A DNA stretch of 64,000 bases from Halorussus marinus (GCF_004765795.1 NZ_SBIV01000004.1:62001-126000); one strand, 5' to 3'. Numbered from the stretch's first letter, positions 38,306 to 48,118 are shown. Translations and numbers: made by a program. Notes: a model not told the origin generated them from the letters alone.

Positions 38306-38881
38306 TCACCGCACGAGCTTCAGCGCGGTCAGCGTCTCGAAGGGGAACGAGTCGTCCCGGAGCGCGGCCGCCGAGAACCCCTCCTCGGCCGCGAGTTCGA
38401 CGACCTCGTCGACGCCCGCGAGACTGCTGACCAGCACGTAGACCGCGCCGCCGGGCGCGAGCACGCGCCCGACCGAAGCCACGAACGGTTCGACCACGTC
38501 GAGGCCGTCTTCGCCGCCCGACAGCGCGACTTCCATCCAGTCGTCGCGCTCGTCGGCCGGATCGGTCGGGAGGTACGGCGGATTGAACACCACCGCGTCG
38601 AACGCCTCCTCGCGGAACGGCCCGACGAGGTCCGCGCGGACCGCCTCGACGCCCCGATCGCGAGCCTGCGCGCAGGCGTGGGGGTTCAGGTCCGAACCGA
38701 CGACCCGGGCGCCGGTCTCGGCCGCGATCCGGGCCGCGACGTATCCCGAGCCGGTGCCGACCTCCAGCGCGAGCGACGGCGAGTCGAGGTCCGCGATCGC
38801 GGCGTCGGCGAGCAGCCGGGAGTCCTCGGCCGGCTGGTAGACCTCGGTCTCGACGTCCCGGCGGTCGGCGAGGTCGGTCAC
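38306..38881 (-). CDS. HemK2/PrmC-like release-factor glutamine methyltransferase
   Basis: VYQPAEDS, EVGTGSG, FNPPY, SGGEDG. Confidence 0.92.
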   Translation of the reverse strand: MTDLADRRDVETEVYQPAEDSRLLADAAIADLDSPSLALEVGTGSGYVAARIAAETGARVVGSDLNPHACAQARDRGVEAVRADLVGPFREEAFDAVVFNPPYLPTDPADERDDWMEVALSGGEDGLDVVEPFVASVGRVLAPGGAVYVLVSSLAGVDEVVELAAEEGFSAAALRDDSFPFETLTALKLVR

Positions 38882-40056
38882 TCCGGGCTCACCCCGTCGG
38901 CGTTCCCACCGGGGTCGTCGCCCCCGCCGTCGGGCGCCGCCTCGGCCACGGCGGCCGACTCACCCGCGACCCGGAACCCGCCCGACTCCTGGCGGCCGGT
39001 GAGTTCGCGCTGGGGGAACGGGATCTTGACGCCCTCGCGATCGAAGGCCGCCTTGACCGACTTGACGACGGCGGTGCGGGCGCGCCACCGCCGTCGAGAG
39101 CTCGGCTTGTCGATCCAGAACCGGAGCCCCAGAACGACCGCGGAGTCGCCGAACCGCTGGACGACGACCTGCGGGGTCGGCACCGACAGGATCTCGTCGA
39201 GTCCCTTCATGGCGTCGGTGGCGAGGGCCGTCGCTCGCTCGACGTCGGCCTCGTAGTCGATCCCCACCTCGACCTCGATCCGGAGCCGGCCCTTCCGGCT
39301 CTTGTTGATGATCTTCTCGCCGCTCACGATGTCGTTAGGGATCATCACGTACTCGCCGCTGAACGTCTGGATCCGGGTGTTGACGATGGAGATGTCGGTC
39401 ACGATCCCCTCCTCCTCGGCGACCTCGACCCAGTCGCCGATCTCGAACGGCCGCGAGAACATCAACACGAACCCCGCGAGCAGCGACCCCAGCGTCTGTC
39501 TCGCCGCCATGCCCACGATGATACCGAGGAACCCCGCCCCGACCAGCAGGCCGCTGAGGTCGACGTTCCAGACCGTGCCGATGATGATCGAGCCCGCGCT
39601 GAGATACACCGTCAACTGCGCGACCCTGAACACGATCTCGCTCTGGTGTTCGGTGATGGTGTCGTGACCGTCGGTGAACCGGTCGATCGCCCGACCGATG
39701 ACGCCGCTTGCGACGTATGCGCCCGCCGCCACCGCCAGCGCGACCAGGATCCGCGCGCCGGTGCCGACGAAGTCGCTGACCTGCGTGAGCACCGTCGCGG
39801 CGTCGGTCGCGAGCCCCCACAGCACCAACAGCGCGACCGCCGATCCGAAGACGATGGCCGCGATGGTCACTGTCAGGGCGACGTCGGCGACCCGATTGTG
39901 AAACCGGTCGTGGAGCCTCGGGCGGAGATACCGCGCCGAGAACACCGCGGTCGCGACGCTGAGCACGATGAGTGCGCTCACCGCGAGGCGGAGTTGGGCC
40001 GTGTCGAACTGCCGGAGCTGGTCGGCGATCGCGACCAGATCGACGGCGCCGCTCAC
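38878..40056 (-). CDS. mscS: Small-conductance mechanosensitive channel
   Basis: GAGFLGIIVGMAA, RPFEIGDWV, IPN, IPFPQR. Confidence 0.93.
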   Translation of the reverse strand: MSGAVDLVAIADQLRQFDTAQLRLAVSALIVLSVATAVFSARYLRPRLHDRFHNRVADVALTVTIAAIVFGSAVALLVLWGLATDAATVLTQVSDFVGTGARILVALAVAAGAYVASGVIGRAIDRFTDGHDTITEHQSEIVFRVAQLTVYLSAGSIIIGTVWNVDLSGLLVGAGFLGIIVGMAARQTLGSLLAGFVLMFSRPFEIGDWVEVAEEEGIVTDISIVNTRIQTFSGEYVMIPNDIVSGEKIINKSRKGRLRIEVEVGIDYEADVERATALATDAMKGLDEILSVPTPQVVVQRFGDSAVVLGLRFWIDKPSSRRRWRARTAVVKSVKAAFDREGVKIPFPQRELTGRQESGGFRVAGESAAVAEAAPDGGGDDPGGNADGVSPE

Positions 40057-40976
40057 ATCGAGTCACCCCTGCCGTGCTCGTCGGCGGCGCGGGCCATCGC
40101 GGCGAACGTCGCGGGCGCCACCGTACCCGCCCGCTTGCCGAGCACCGAGGGGTCGAGGTCGGTCGCGCCGTCGGCGATGGCGTCGACCACCGCGTCGGCG
40201 TCGTCGAGCCCCGAGATGTGGGCGGTGTTCCGGATCGCGTTCCGGAGGGTCTTGCGGCGCTGGGTGAACACCGCCTTCACGAACCCGAGGAAGAACGCCT
40301 CGTCGTCGACCGCGTAGTCGGGCTCGCGGGGCGTCGTCCGCACGACCGCGCTCTCGACGTCCGGCGGCGGGGAGAACGCCTCTTTCGGGACGGGCTCGAC
40401 GACCTCGACGTCGGCGTAGTGCTGGGCCGAGACCGAGAGCCGGCCGTAGTCGTCGGTGCCCGGGTCGGCGGCCATCCGCTCGGCGAACTCCCGCTGGAAC
40501 ATCAACACGAGCGGTCGCCCGCGGGGGAGCAGTCGGAACGCGATCTCGCTGGAGACGCCGTACGGGAGGTTCGAGACGGAGGCGGTGAACTCGGGGAGTT
40601 CGACGTCGAGCGCATCGCCCGCCACGACGTCGAGCCGGTCGGCCGCGATCTCGTCGGCGAACTCCTCGCGGAGGAACGCCGCGAGGTCCGGATCGCGCTC
40701 GATCGCGGTCACCCTGTCGGCGACCGCGAGCAGTCGGTCGGTCAACGCGCCCGTCCCCGGCCCGATTTCGAGGACGTGCGACAGGTCGACCCCGTCTGAG
40801 GACTCGGACGCTCGATCGTCGGAGCCGCGTCGGGCCCCGCTCACCGCGTACTCGGGGAGCCGATCGAGCACCCGGTCGTCGACGAGGAAGTGCTGGTCGC
40901 GGTCCGGGTTCCCGCGGACGCCCGCCCGACGGAGCAGGGCGTCCGGGTCTCTGGGCTCGGAATCCGAGATAGTCAT
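40053..40976 (-). CDS. rsmA: 16S rRNA adenine dimethyltransferase
   Basis: QHFL, LEIGPGTGALT, SNLPY, MFQREFAER, FSPPPDVESAV, QRRKTLRN. Confidence 0.96.
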   Translation of the reverse strand: MTISDSEPRDPDALLRRAGVRGNPDRDQHFLVDDRVLDRLPEYAVSGARRGSDDRASESSDGVDLSHVLEIGPGTGALTDRLLAVADRVTAIERDPDLAAFLREEFADEIAADRLDVVAGDALDVELPEFTASVSNLPYGVSSEIAFRLLPRGRPLVLMFQREFAERMAADPGTDDYGRLSVSAQHYADVEVVEPVPKEAFSPPPDVESAVVRTTPREPDYAVDDEAFFLGFVKAVFTQRRKTLRNAIRNTAHISGLDDADAVVDAIADGATDLDPSVLGKRAGTVAPATFAAMARAADEHGRGDSM

Positions 40977-41036
40977 TACGACCGGGTAGATACCGGAAAA
41001 GGGTAAACCCACCGAGTCGCCACCGGCCCGGCGGCG

Positions 41037-41606
41037 TTACTGGTCCTCGCGACGAACGAACGTCCGGTACTTCAGGTCCTCTTCTTGGAGCTCTTCGAGG
41101 ACGCGCTCGACGAGCACCTCCTTCGGGTTGTGGAGCCCCGACACCCGCTCTTCGAGGTCCTCGAAGCTCTCGAAGGGCTTGCGCTTTCGCTCTTCTAAGA
41201 TGTTGTTGCGGAGTTTCTTCCCGATGCCGGGCAGGAGGTTGAGCTGGTGGAGCCGTAGCGTGATGGGCTGGGCGTCGTTGTAGAAGTCCACGAATCGCCG
41301 CTCGTCGGCCTCCACGATCGCTCGGATGGCGTGTTCGAGCTCCTGCTGGGCCGCCCCCGAGAGGTCCTCGTTGTCGATCTCCCGGACGCTCGCCACGTCG
41401 TCGGCCGACGCGTCGGCGTCGAACCGGTCGGTGATGGTGAGGTGAACGTCCTCTGCGAGCGTGACTTCGAACAGCCGGAAGTCCTCGACGCCGACCGCGT
41501 AGGTCAGCGGCGGCTTCTGGTGTTGTGGCCGATTGTCGTCGGCGCGGCCGTTGGGGAGGTAGTCGAGGACGACTGCCGGCACCTGCTCGTCGTTCCGTTC
41601 GCTCAT
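41037..41606 (-). CDS. DUF655 putative RNA-binding protein
   Basis: VLDYL, ITLRLHQLNLLPGIGKK; sits between rpo4 and rsmA as in other archaea. Confidence 0.9.
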   Translation of the reverse strand: MSERNDEQVPAVVLDYLPNGRADDNRPQHQKPPLTYAVGVEDFRLFEVTLAEDVHLTITDRFDADASADDVASVREIDNEDLSGAAQQELEHAIRAIVEADERRFVDFYNDAQPITLRLHQLNLLPGIGKKLRNNILEERKRKPFESFEDLEERVSGLHNPKEVLVERVLEELQEEDLKYRTFVRREDQ

Positions 41607-41650
41607 TGATGTCCCGTACGGCGACAGATTACTTAAAGAGTAGGTGGCGC

Positions 41651-42007
41651 TCAGTCGTACTTCGCGACGACGTTGAGGATCTCGTCGAGCTCGTCGCCCG
41701 AGAGGGTGTAGCGCTCCTGGGCGAACACCGCGCGCAGTTCGTCGCGGTCTTTCGGGAGGAGGTCGGCGATCTTGTACGCCGTGGGCTCGTCGATCTTCTC
41801 GAGGGCCTCCAGCTCGTCGACGAGCTCCCGGGACTCCTCGGGGTCGAGCACCGCGAACCGGTTGACGTGCTCGATGGCGCGCGCGAGCTCGTAGCGCATC
41901 TCGCGGTCCTCGTCGAGCGCGCGCTCGTCTTCGATGTCCGCGAGCAGCTCTTTGGCCTCCGCGGTCGTCAGGTACTCCTCGTCGAGCTTCTCCTTGAAGA
42001 TGGTCAT
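41651..42007 (-). CDS. rpo4: RNA polymerase subunit Rpo4 (F)
   Basis: EYLTTAEAKELL, KIADLLP..ELRAVF; synteny with rpl21e. Confidence 0.93.
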   Translation of the reverse strand: MTIFKEKLDEEYLTTAEAKELLADIEDERALDEDREMRYELARAIEHVNRFAVLDPEESRELVDELEALEKIDEPTAYKIADLLPKDRDELRAVFAQERYTLSGDELDEILNVVAKYD

Positions 42008-42008
42008 G

Positions 42009-42299
42009 CTATTCCTGCGCCTTCAAATGGGCGGGGGTGGCGATGACGGTCTTGTCCTTGCCGCCGTCCGTGATCCGGATCTTGTAGGCTTCGCCCTGCA
42101 TGCCTTCGATCTCGCCCGTCTTCCCGCCGAATCGCGGGTGGAATCGACCCTTCTCGACGCTGGGGTCGATCTTGAGGTGGACCTTCTGGCCCTCCTCGAA
42201 CTGCTGGACGGCGCGCTGGGGCGGCGAAGTTCCGCTCTCCCGGGGACTGTTCGAGAGTTTGTCGCGAGTGCTGTGGTAGGGTCCGTTCGAGCTCGGCAT
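42009..42299 (-). CDS. rpl21e: 50S ribosomal protein L21e
   Basis: PSSNGP..TRDKL, KIDPSV.KGRFHPRF.GKTG, DGGKDK, PAHL. Confidence 0.97.
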   Translation of the reverse strand: MPSSNGPYHSTRDKLSNSPRESGTSPPQRAVQQFEEGQKVHLKIDPSVEKGRFHPRFGGKTGEIEGMQGEAYKIRITDGGKDKTVIATPAHLKAQE

Positions 42300-42489
42300 A
42301 GTCGTACGACCTCTTTGTCCTGTCGGCGTTATAAATGCCGCGTTCCTCGGCTCGGTCGACCGCTCGCACGACTCTGACTGCCGGTCGAGCCGTCCCGGCC
42401 GGCGCGCTCGCGGTTGCGGACCGACGAGCGCGCTGGCCCGCGCTGCCGAAAGGACAAGAGTAACCTACGGGCCGTGCGTGGGCCCGAGC

Positions 42490-43653
42490 ATGGACGACGA
42501 CCAGTTCCGATTCGAGACGCGCTCGATCCACGCGGGCCAAGAGCCCGACGAGGAGACCGGCGCGCTGATGACGCCGATCCACGCCAACTCCACCTACGTT
42601 CAGGACGCGCCGGGCGACCACCGCGGCTACGAGTACTCCCGGACTGGCAACCCCACCCGGACGGACCTCGAAGCAAACGTCGCCAGCCTCGAGAACGGCG
42701 AGTACGGGCGGGCCTTTTCGAGCGGGATGGGCGCGATCAACACCGTGCTCAACCTCCTCGAAGCCGGCGATCACGTCGTCGCCAGCGAGGACGTCTACGG
42801 CGGCACCCACCGCATCTTCACGCAGGTGTACGAGCAGTACGACCTGGAGTTCGACTTCGTGGACATGACCGACCTCGACGAGACCGAGGCCGCGATGCGC
42901 GCGGAGACCGAACTGGTCTGGGTCGAGACGCCGACCAACCCCCTGCTCAACGTCGTCGACATCGCGGCCACCGCCGACCTCGCCGACGAGTACGATGCGC
43001 TCTCGGTAGTCGACAATACGTTCGCGACGCCGTATCTCCAGCGACCGCTCGATCTGGGCGCCGACGCGGTCACCCACTCGCTCACCAAGTACATGGGCGG
43101 CCACTCGGACGTGGTCGGCGGCGCGCTGGTGACCGACGACGAGGACCTCGACGAGCAGTTCGGCTTCTATCAGAACAGCGTCGGCGCGACGCCCGGCCCT
43201 CACGAGTGCTTTCTCGTCCTGCGCGGGACCAAGACCCTCCCGGTACGGATGGACCGCCACTGCGACAACGCTCGGGAACTCGCCCGGTGGCTCGCCGACC
43301 ACGAGGCGGTCGACCGCGTCTACTACCCCGGCCTCGAATCCCACCCGGACCACGAGTTGGCGGCCGAGCAGATGGACGACTTCGGCGGCATGGTCAGCTT
43401 CGAGCTCGATGCCTCGCTCGAGGAAACCGCCGACGCCGTCTCGGCGACCGAGGTGTTCACTCTCGCAGAGAGCCTCGGCGGCGTCGAGAGCCTGATCGAA
43501 CAGCCCGCGACGATGACCCACGCCGCGATCCCCCGCGAGGAGCGGGAGGCCGCGGGGCTCCGCGACGGCCTGATCCGGGCGAGCGTCGGCATCGAGAACG
43601 TCGAGGACCTGAAGTCCGACTTCGAGCAGGCGTTCGCGGCCGCGCTGGAGTAG
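42490..43653 (+). CDS. metB: Cystathionine gamma-synthase/lyase
   Basis: [38 protein letters not shown] (PLP lysine), ESLGGVESL. Confidence 0.92.
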   Translation: MDDDQFRFETRSIHAGQEPDEETGALMTPIHANSTYVQDAPGDHRGYEYSRTGNPTRTDLEANVASLENGEYGRAFSSGMGAINTVLNLLEAGDHVVASEDVYGGTHRIFTQVYEQYDLEFDFVDMTDLDETEAAMRAETELVWVETPTNPLLNVVDIAATADLADEYDALSVVDNTFATPYLQRPLDLGADAVTHSLTKYMGGHSDVVGGALVTDDEDLDEQFGFYQNSVGATPGPHECFLVLRGTKTLPVRMDRHCDNARELARWLADHEAVDRVYYPGLESHPDHELAAEQMDDFGGMVSFELDASLEETADAVSATEVFTLAESLGGVESLIEQPATMTHAAIPREEREAAGLRDGLIRASVGIENVEDLKSDFEQAFAAALE

Positions 43654-43738
43654 CCCCCGACGTTGGCTCGAACCGGCTCTCAGCCGGTGACACCGGCGTT
43701 ACCTGACACCTATTTGGATGGGCTTCCTACCGACAGCT

Positions 43739-44368
43739 ATGTCGAACGAACGCAGATCCGCCGACGACTTCGAGATCACGCCCGAGCGACCCGACAGCCC
43801 GATCCGGACCACCGGTACCGACCACATCACGCTCATCGGGAGCAACGCCGAGGAGACGATCCACTTCTACCGTGACGTCCTCGGCATGCCGCTGGTGCTC
43901 CGCCAGCCGAACCTCGACGACCCCTCCCAGACCCACCTCTTTTTCGACACCGGCGACGGTCGCATCATCACGTTCTTCGTGAAAGGCGACCGCGACTCCC
44001 ACCGCGGCCCCCAGCGGGCGGGCGTCGGCGCGGTCCACCACCTCTCGTTTAGCATCGCCCCCGAGGAGTTCGTCGAGGTCCGCGAGGCCCTCGACGAGGA
44101 GTGGCGCGGCTACAACGAGTTCGACCGGGGCATCTTCCACTCGCTGTACACGCAGGACCACAACGGGCTCGTCATCGAACTGGCGACCGACAAGTACGAC
44201 ATCCCCGACGACCGCCGGGGCGAAGTGCTGGCGACCGCCCAGCGGCTCCGCGAGGAAGACGGCGTCGACTACGCCGAGGAACGCCACCTCGAAGCCGCGC
44301 TCGAGGAACTCGGCGTCGACGCCGAGAAGTTCGAGCTCCCCGACGCCCCGACCGGTTCGGGCGTGTAG
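43739..44368 (+). CDS. VOC/glyoxalase family protein
   Basis: GTDHITL..FYRDVLG, HLFF, VHHLSF, SLY..DHNGLVIEL. Confidence 0.9.
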   Translation: MSNERRSADDFEITPERPDSPIRTTGTDHITLIGSNAEETIHFYRDVLGMPLVLRQPNLDDPSQTHLFFDTGDGRIITFFVKGDRDSHRGPQRAGVGAVHHLSFSIAPEEFVEVREALDEEWRGYNEFDRGIFHSLYTQDHNGLVIELATDKYDIPDDRRGEVLATAQRLREEDGVDYAEERHLEAALEELGVDAEKFELPDAPTGSGV

Positions 44369-44371
44369 TTA

Positions 44372-44557
44372 CTACTGCTGTTGCTCGGCGGCGCGCTTGA
44401 GTATCTGTGGGACGACCGCGATTTCGAGGACCGCCATCCCGAGGACGAGCAACCGCATCGTCCCGTCGAGGAACGCGAACGCGACGATCACGAGTATCGC
44501 GGCGCTGCTGGCGGCCATCCCGTACCGGACGAGCGGCGTTTCGAGCGGATTGCCCAT
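44372..44557 (-). CDS. Small two-TM membrane protein
   Basis: MGNPLETPLVRYGM plus two hydrophobic helices; TTAA box upstream. Confidence 0.7.
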   Translation of the reverse strand: MGNPLETPLVRYGMAASSAAILVIVAFAFLDGTMRLLVLGMAVLEIAVVPQILKRAAEQQQ

Positions 44558-44636
44558 ACGCCGACCCACCGGGAGCTATCAGTTAATTGTTATCCTTCGG
44601 AGCGTCGACGAACCGCGAGAAACCGCGACCGACCGC

Positions 44637-44903
44637 TTATATCCGACCGACGTTCTCGACTTCGACGCTCTCGACGCCTTCGACCGTCGAGAATCCCTCC
44701 TCGACCGCTTCGGTCCCGCCCGTGTCGTCGGGGACGATCACGGTCGGGAGCAAGGCGACCAGCCCGAACGCGACGTCGTCGCGCTCGAAGCCGTTGATCT
44801 TCGCGCCCTCCGGGAGCGACTCTTCGAGTCGGTCCTGGAGTTCGTCGAGGTCGATTTCTGGGCTCTGCGGCATGACCTTGATTTTTGCGGCGACCTTCCC
44901 CAT
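44637..44903 (-). CDS. tef1b: Translation elongation factor aEF-1beta
   Basis: [28 protein letters not shown]. Confidence 0.96.
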   Translation of the reverse strand: MGKVAAKIKVMPQSPEIDLDELQDRLEESLPEGAKINGFERDDVAFGLVALLPTVIVPDDTGGTEAVEEGFSTVEGVESVEVENVGRI

Positions 44904-44905
44904 AG

Positions 44906-45085
44906 TTACGGACCCATGAACCCGCAGTCGGGACACTCGTAGAGGTTGCTCTGCTTGCGGCACTTCGCACAGCGGTAGATCTGCTGGCCGCAGTCCGGGC
45001 ACTTGAACGACGCGGCGTTCGTGCCGGAGATGTTGATTCCGCAGGAGACGCACCGGCGCGCCTGCCTCTGTTCGGTCTGGCTCAT
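44906..45085 (-). CDS. HVO_2753-family (DUF1610) zinc-finger protein
   Basis: [26 protein letters not shown]; directly upstream of EF-1beta. Confidence 0.93.
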   Translation of the reverse strand: MSQTEQRQARRCVSCGINISGTNAASFKCPDCGQQIYRCAKCRKQSNLYECPDCGFMGP

Positions 45086-45279
45086 ACCCCTTCGTACCCG
45101 TTCACGGCTTTTAATCGCTTCGAAACGCCCCACCGGGTCCGGCGTCGCCCCGCGAGGCGTCGAACGCCCGGATTCGCCGCCAGCCCGCCGCCCGCTACTG
45201 ATTCGACCCCGATTTGGGGCCGTATTGCCGAGAAACACGAAACGTGATTCTTAAGGGGCGAACGAGCGACGTTTCGGGT

Positions 45280-46209
45280 ATGAGTGAAGAAGAAGAGACT
45301 GACGTAGCCGACGAGACGAACGAGGACGCGGACGCCGAGGGACTCCAGAGCGGCGACTTCGTTCGCCTCGATTACACCGCGCGCACCGTCGAGGACGGCA
45401 ACATCGTGGACACGACCGACCCCGAGGTCGCCGAGGAGGAGGGCCTCGACGACGAGGAGGGTCGCGAGTTCGAACCGCGCGTCATCGTCCTTGGTGAGGG
45501 CCACATCTTCGAGAGCGTCGAAGAGGCCGTCATCGGCGGCGAGGTCGGCGACGCGGACGAGGTCACCATCCCCGCCGAGGAGGCGTTCGGCGAGTACGAC
45601 CCCGATCAGGTCAAGACCGTGAGCGCGGACAAGATCCCCGAAGACGAGCGCTACCCCGGCGCGCACGTCGACATCGACGGCCAGCACGGTCACGTCGAGA
45701 CCATCATCGGCGGCCGCGCCCGCGTCGACTTCAACCACCCGCTCGCGGGCGAGGACGTCGAGTACGACTACGAGGTCGTCGGCGAGGTCGACGACCGCGT
45801 CGAGAAGGCCCAAGGACTCATCTCGATGTTCCTCGACGCCGACCTCGAGATGTGGATCCAGACCGACGAGGTCGAAGAGGAGACGGTCGTCGAGCCCGAC
45901 GACGAGGACGCCGAGCCCGAGACCGAAACCGAGACCGTCGAGAAGGAGACGCTGTACATCGAGAGCACGCCCCAACTGGCGATGAACCAGCAGTGGATGT
46001 TCCAGAAACAGCAGATCGCCCAGAACGTGATGGACCAGCTCGACCTCGACCGGGTCATCGTTCAGGAGACCATCGAGGGCGGCGCCATGGGCCCGATGGG
46101 CGGCATGATGGGCGGCGGCATGGGCGGGGCCGACCTCGAAGAGGCCCTCGACGACGCCGACGTCGACGAGGACGAGATCCTCGAAGAGCTCGAAGAAGCC
46201 GACGAGTAA
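45280..46209 (+). CDS. Long FKBP-type peptidyl-prolyl isomerase
   Basis: GDFVRLDYT, DTTD, PAEEAFGEYD, RVDFNHPLAG, GGM-rich acidic tail. Confidence 0.93.
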   Translation: MSEEEETDVADETNEDADAEGLQSGDFVRLDYTARTVEDGNIVDTTDPEVAEEEGLDDEEGREFEPRVIVLGEGHIFESVEEAVIGGEVGDADEVTIPAEEAFGEYDPDQVKTVSADKIPEDERYPGAHVDIDGQHGHVETIIGGRARVDFNHPLAGEDVEYDYEVVGEVDDRVEKAQGLISMFLDADLEMWIQTDEVEEETVVEPDDEDAEPETETETVEKETLYIESTPQLAMNQQWMFQKQQIAQNVMDQLDLDRVIVQETIEGGAMGPMGGMMGGGMGGADLEEALDDADVDEDEILEELEEADE

Positions 46210-46570
46210 CCCGACGCGCCGTCTCGCCGTCCGGCGAGAGACGCCGAATCGACCGACGACTCGTTTTCTGGGACGCTCGTTCGCGAGCCGCGGCGCTCGA
46301 CGGTCGGTACCGACGGGGCTCGCCCGGCGGACCGAAGGCCGTCAGGGCGACCGTCCGGAGGCCAAACGACCGAAGACAGCCTGAAGACCGAACCGACAGC
46401 GCGAGACCGCGCGAGGGCCGAACGAAAGGGGGACCGCTCGGGTCGACGGTGGCCGTCGCGAGCGAACGGCACCGCGGGAGGGTCGCGGACGGCCGAAACC
46501 GCGTGGAGGGCCGATTCGGGGAGGCCGACGAGCCGACCTCCGTCTATGCAGTCACCCCGGGACCTGTTCA

Positions 46571-46643
46571 ATACTATCCGCATACTACCGATAATATTGA
46601 CTGTAAACTGACACCGAATAGTATCAATACTATCTATACTATC
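46571..46643. repeat. AT-rich array of six ATASTATC-like boxes (two triplets) flanking a TATA-like element
   Basis: ATACTATC 46571, ATACTACC 46582, ATAATATT 46591, ATAGTATC 46618, ATACTATC 46627, ATACTATC 46636. Confidence 0.75.
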
Positions 46644-46674
46644 GTTCGGCCCGCGACCGAACGGCCAGCGGTGC

Positions 46675-47421
46675 TCACGACTGGGTGAGGACGTGGCGGA
46701 ACGCCCGGAGCGCGTTCGCGCCGGTGTCGGTCAGCGTCACCTGCTTGCGACGACCGACCTCCTCGACCGCGATGTAGCCGTCCTCGAGTAGCGGTTCGAT
46801 CACGTTCGCGTTCAGGAGCGCGAACTTCGCCTTGTCGTTGGCGGGGGCGTTCTCGGCGACGAACGACAGGTCCGCCTCCTCGGCGTGCTCGATGATGTCT
46901 TTCTTCTTGGCGGTGTACGCCTCGGTGTTCGCCTCGTCGAGGAACGCCATGACCGCCACCTGATCGGCGGTGGGCGACTCGATGGGATAGGACGGCAACG
47001 CCTCGTCGTCGCGGTAGCCGTAACTCTGGCGTTCCCCGCGGTCGGCGTAGGGGTAGCCCTCTGGGTGGACGTAGTAGGCGGTCGCGTCGGTGCACATACA
47101 CGCCATCGCGGTCCCGACCGCCGAGAGCTTCGAGCCCGTCGAGACGTTGACCCGGACGATGTCGCCGCCGTGTTCGGCCACCAGCGTCGTCACCACGCCG
47201 AGCACGTCGTATATGTCGAAGAGGTCGACCGACCGCGATCGGACCGAGACCCCCAGATCGGCGAGTCGCTCGCGCACCTCGTCGTGGTACTCCGGCGCGT
47301 CGGTGCGGTCGTCGTGTTCGAGGAGGTAGAGGACGTCGACGTCGTACTTCTCGGCGGGACCGACGATCCGGTCGTCCTCGTAGCCCAGCGGCGCGACGTG
47401 GACCTCGTCGATGGTGTTCAT
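46675..47421 (-). CDS. DUF6293/HFX_2341-like regulator (CARF-like Rossmann domain plus winged HTH)
   Basis: VHVAPLGYEDDRI, VRVNVSTGSKLSA, YYVHPEGY; C-terminal VIEPLLEDGYI..GRRKQVTLTDTG. Confidence 0.82.
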   Translation of the reverse strand: MNTIDEVHVAPLGYEDDRIVGPAEKYDVDVLYLLEHDDRTDAPEYHDEVRERLADLGVSVRSRSVDLFDIYDVLGVVTTLVAEHGGDIVRVNVSTGSKLSAVGTAMACMCTDATAYYVHPEGYPYADRGERQSYGYRDDEALPSYPIESPTADQVAVMAFLDEANTEAYTAKKKDIIEHAEEADLSFVAENAPANDKAKFALLNANVIEPLLEDGYIAVEEVGRRKQVTLTDTGANALRAFRHVLTQS

Positions 47422-47491
47422 GCGGGATTCGTCTTCGTTGGGACGGCCGCGACGCTTAAGCCTCGCTGTTTCGTCCGGCCCCGACCCCCGG

Positions 47492-48118
47492 TCACGCGAT
47501 GTCGCGGCTGGTGTCGATCCGAACCGACTCGGCGAGCTCCAGCTTGATCGTCTCGGACAGCGCGCGCCCGCCGCGGAACTTCGGCACCGCCAGCCGGGTC
47601 TCGACGGTGTCGCCCGAGTACTCGGTGTGGAGCTGGAACACCACGTCGGCGACGTGCTCGGTCACGTCGCGGGCGTCGGGCACCGACCGGCCGTCGAGAC
47701 AGTGGAGGATCGCGACGCTCCGGGTGTTCGCGAGGTGGTTGCGGAGGTCCGCGAGGAAGTTGCGGTAGCGGCTCGTCTCCTGGCGCTCCAGCAGGTCGAC
47801 GGGGTCGACGACCAGATTCGAATCCTCCGAGAGCCGCCGGAACAGCCGCTGGGAGTGGTCAAGCGGCGCGTCGCCGGGGACGTGGCGCACGTCGGGCGAG
47901 CCGGTCGGGCCGGGCGTCCGTTCCAGGGTCTCGATCACGGCCGCCTCGTCGCGGTCCGTCGAGAGATAGAGGGTCGGGCGAGACGACGTGAACTCGTAGA
48001 GCAGGAGCTCGGCCTGACTCGCCGGAGGCGCCGAGAACGCGACGACGCTTCCGGCCGGGAGCCCGCCGTCGAGCTTCCGGTCCAGCACGTCGATGCCCGT
48101 CGAGAGCCGGCGTGACAC
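47492..48118 (-). CDS. KaiC/RAD55-like RecA-fold protein with degenerate Walker A
   Basis: LSTGIDVLDRKLDGGLPAGS; APPASQAE in place of GxPGxGKT; ADVVFQL, LAVPKFRG. Confidence 0.85.
   Translation of the reverse strand: MSRRLSTGIDVLDRKLDGGLPAGSVVAFSAPPASQAELLLYEFTSSRPTLYLSTDRDEAAVIETLERTPGPTGSPDVRHVPGDAPLDHSQRLFRRLSEDSNLVVDPVDLLERQETSRYRNFLADLRNHLANTRSVAILHCLDGRSVPDARDVTEHVADVVFQLHTEYSGDTVETRLAVPKFRGGRALSETIKLELAESVRIDTSRDIA

Noticed and set aside
46062..46583. 173-aa minus-strand ORF starting inside the repeat array
   Set aside because: Arg/Ser-rich, overlaps the FKBP gene antisense, and its ATG is too close to the TATA-like box.
46571..46643. Repeat array as a mini-CRISPR or replication origin
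   Set aside because: Units are 8-9 bp with no spacers; no cas genes, ORB-like G-strings or orc1/cdc6 gene nearby.
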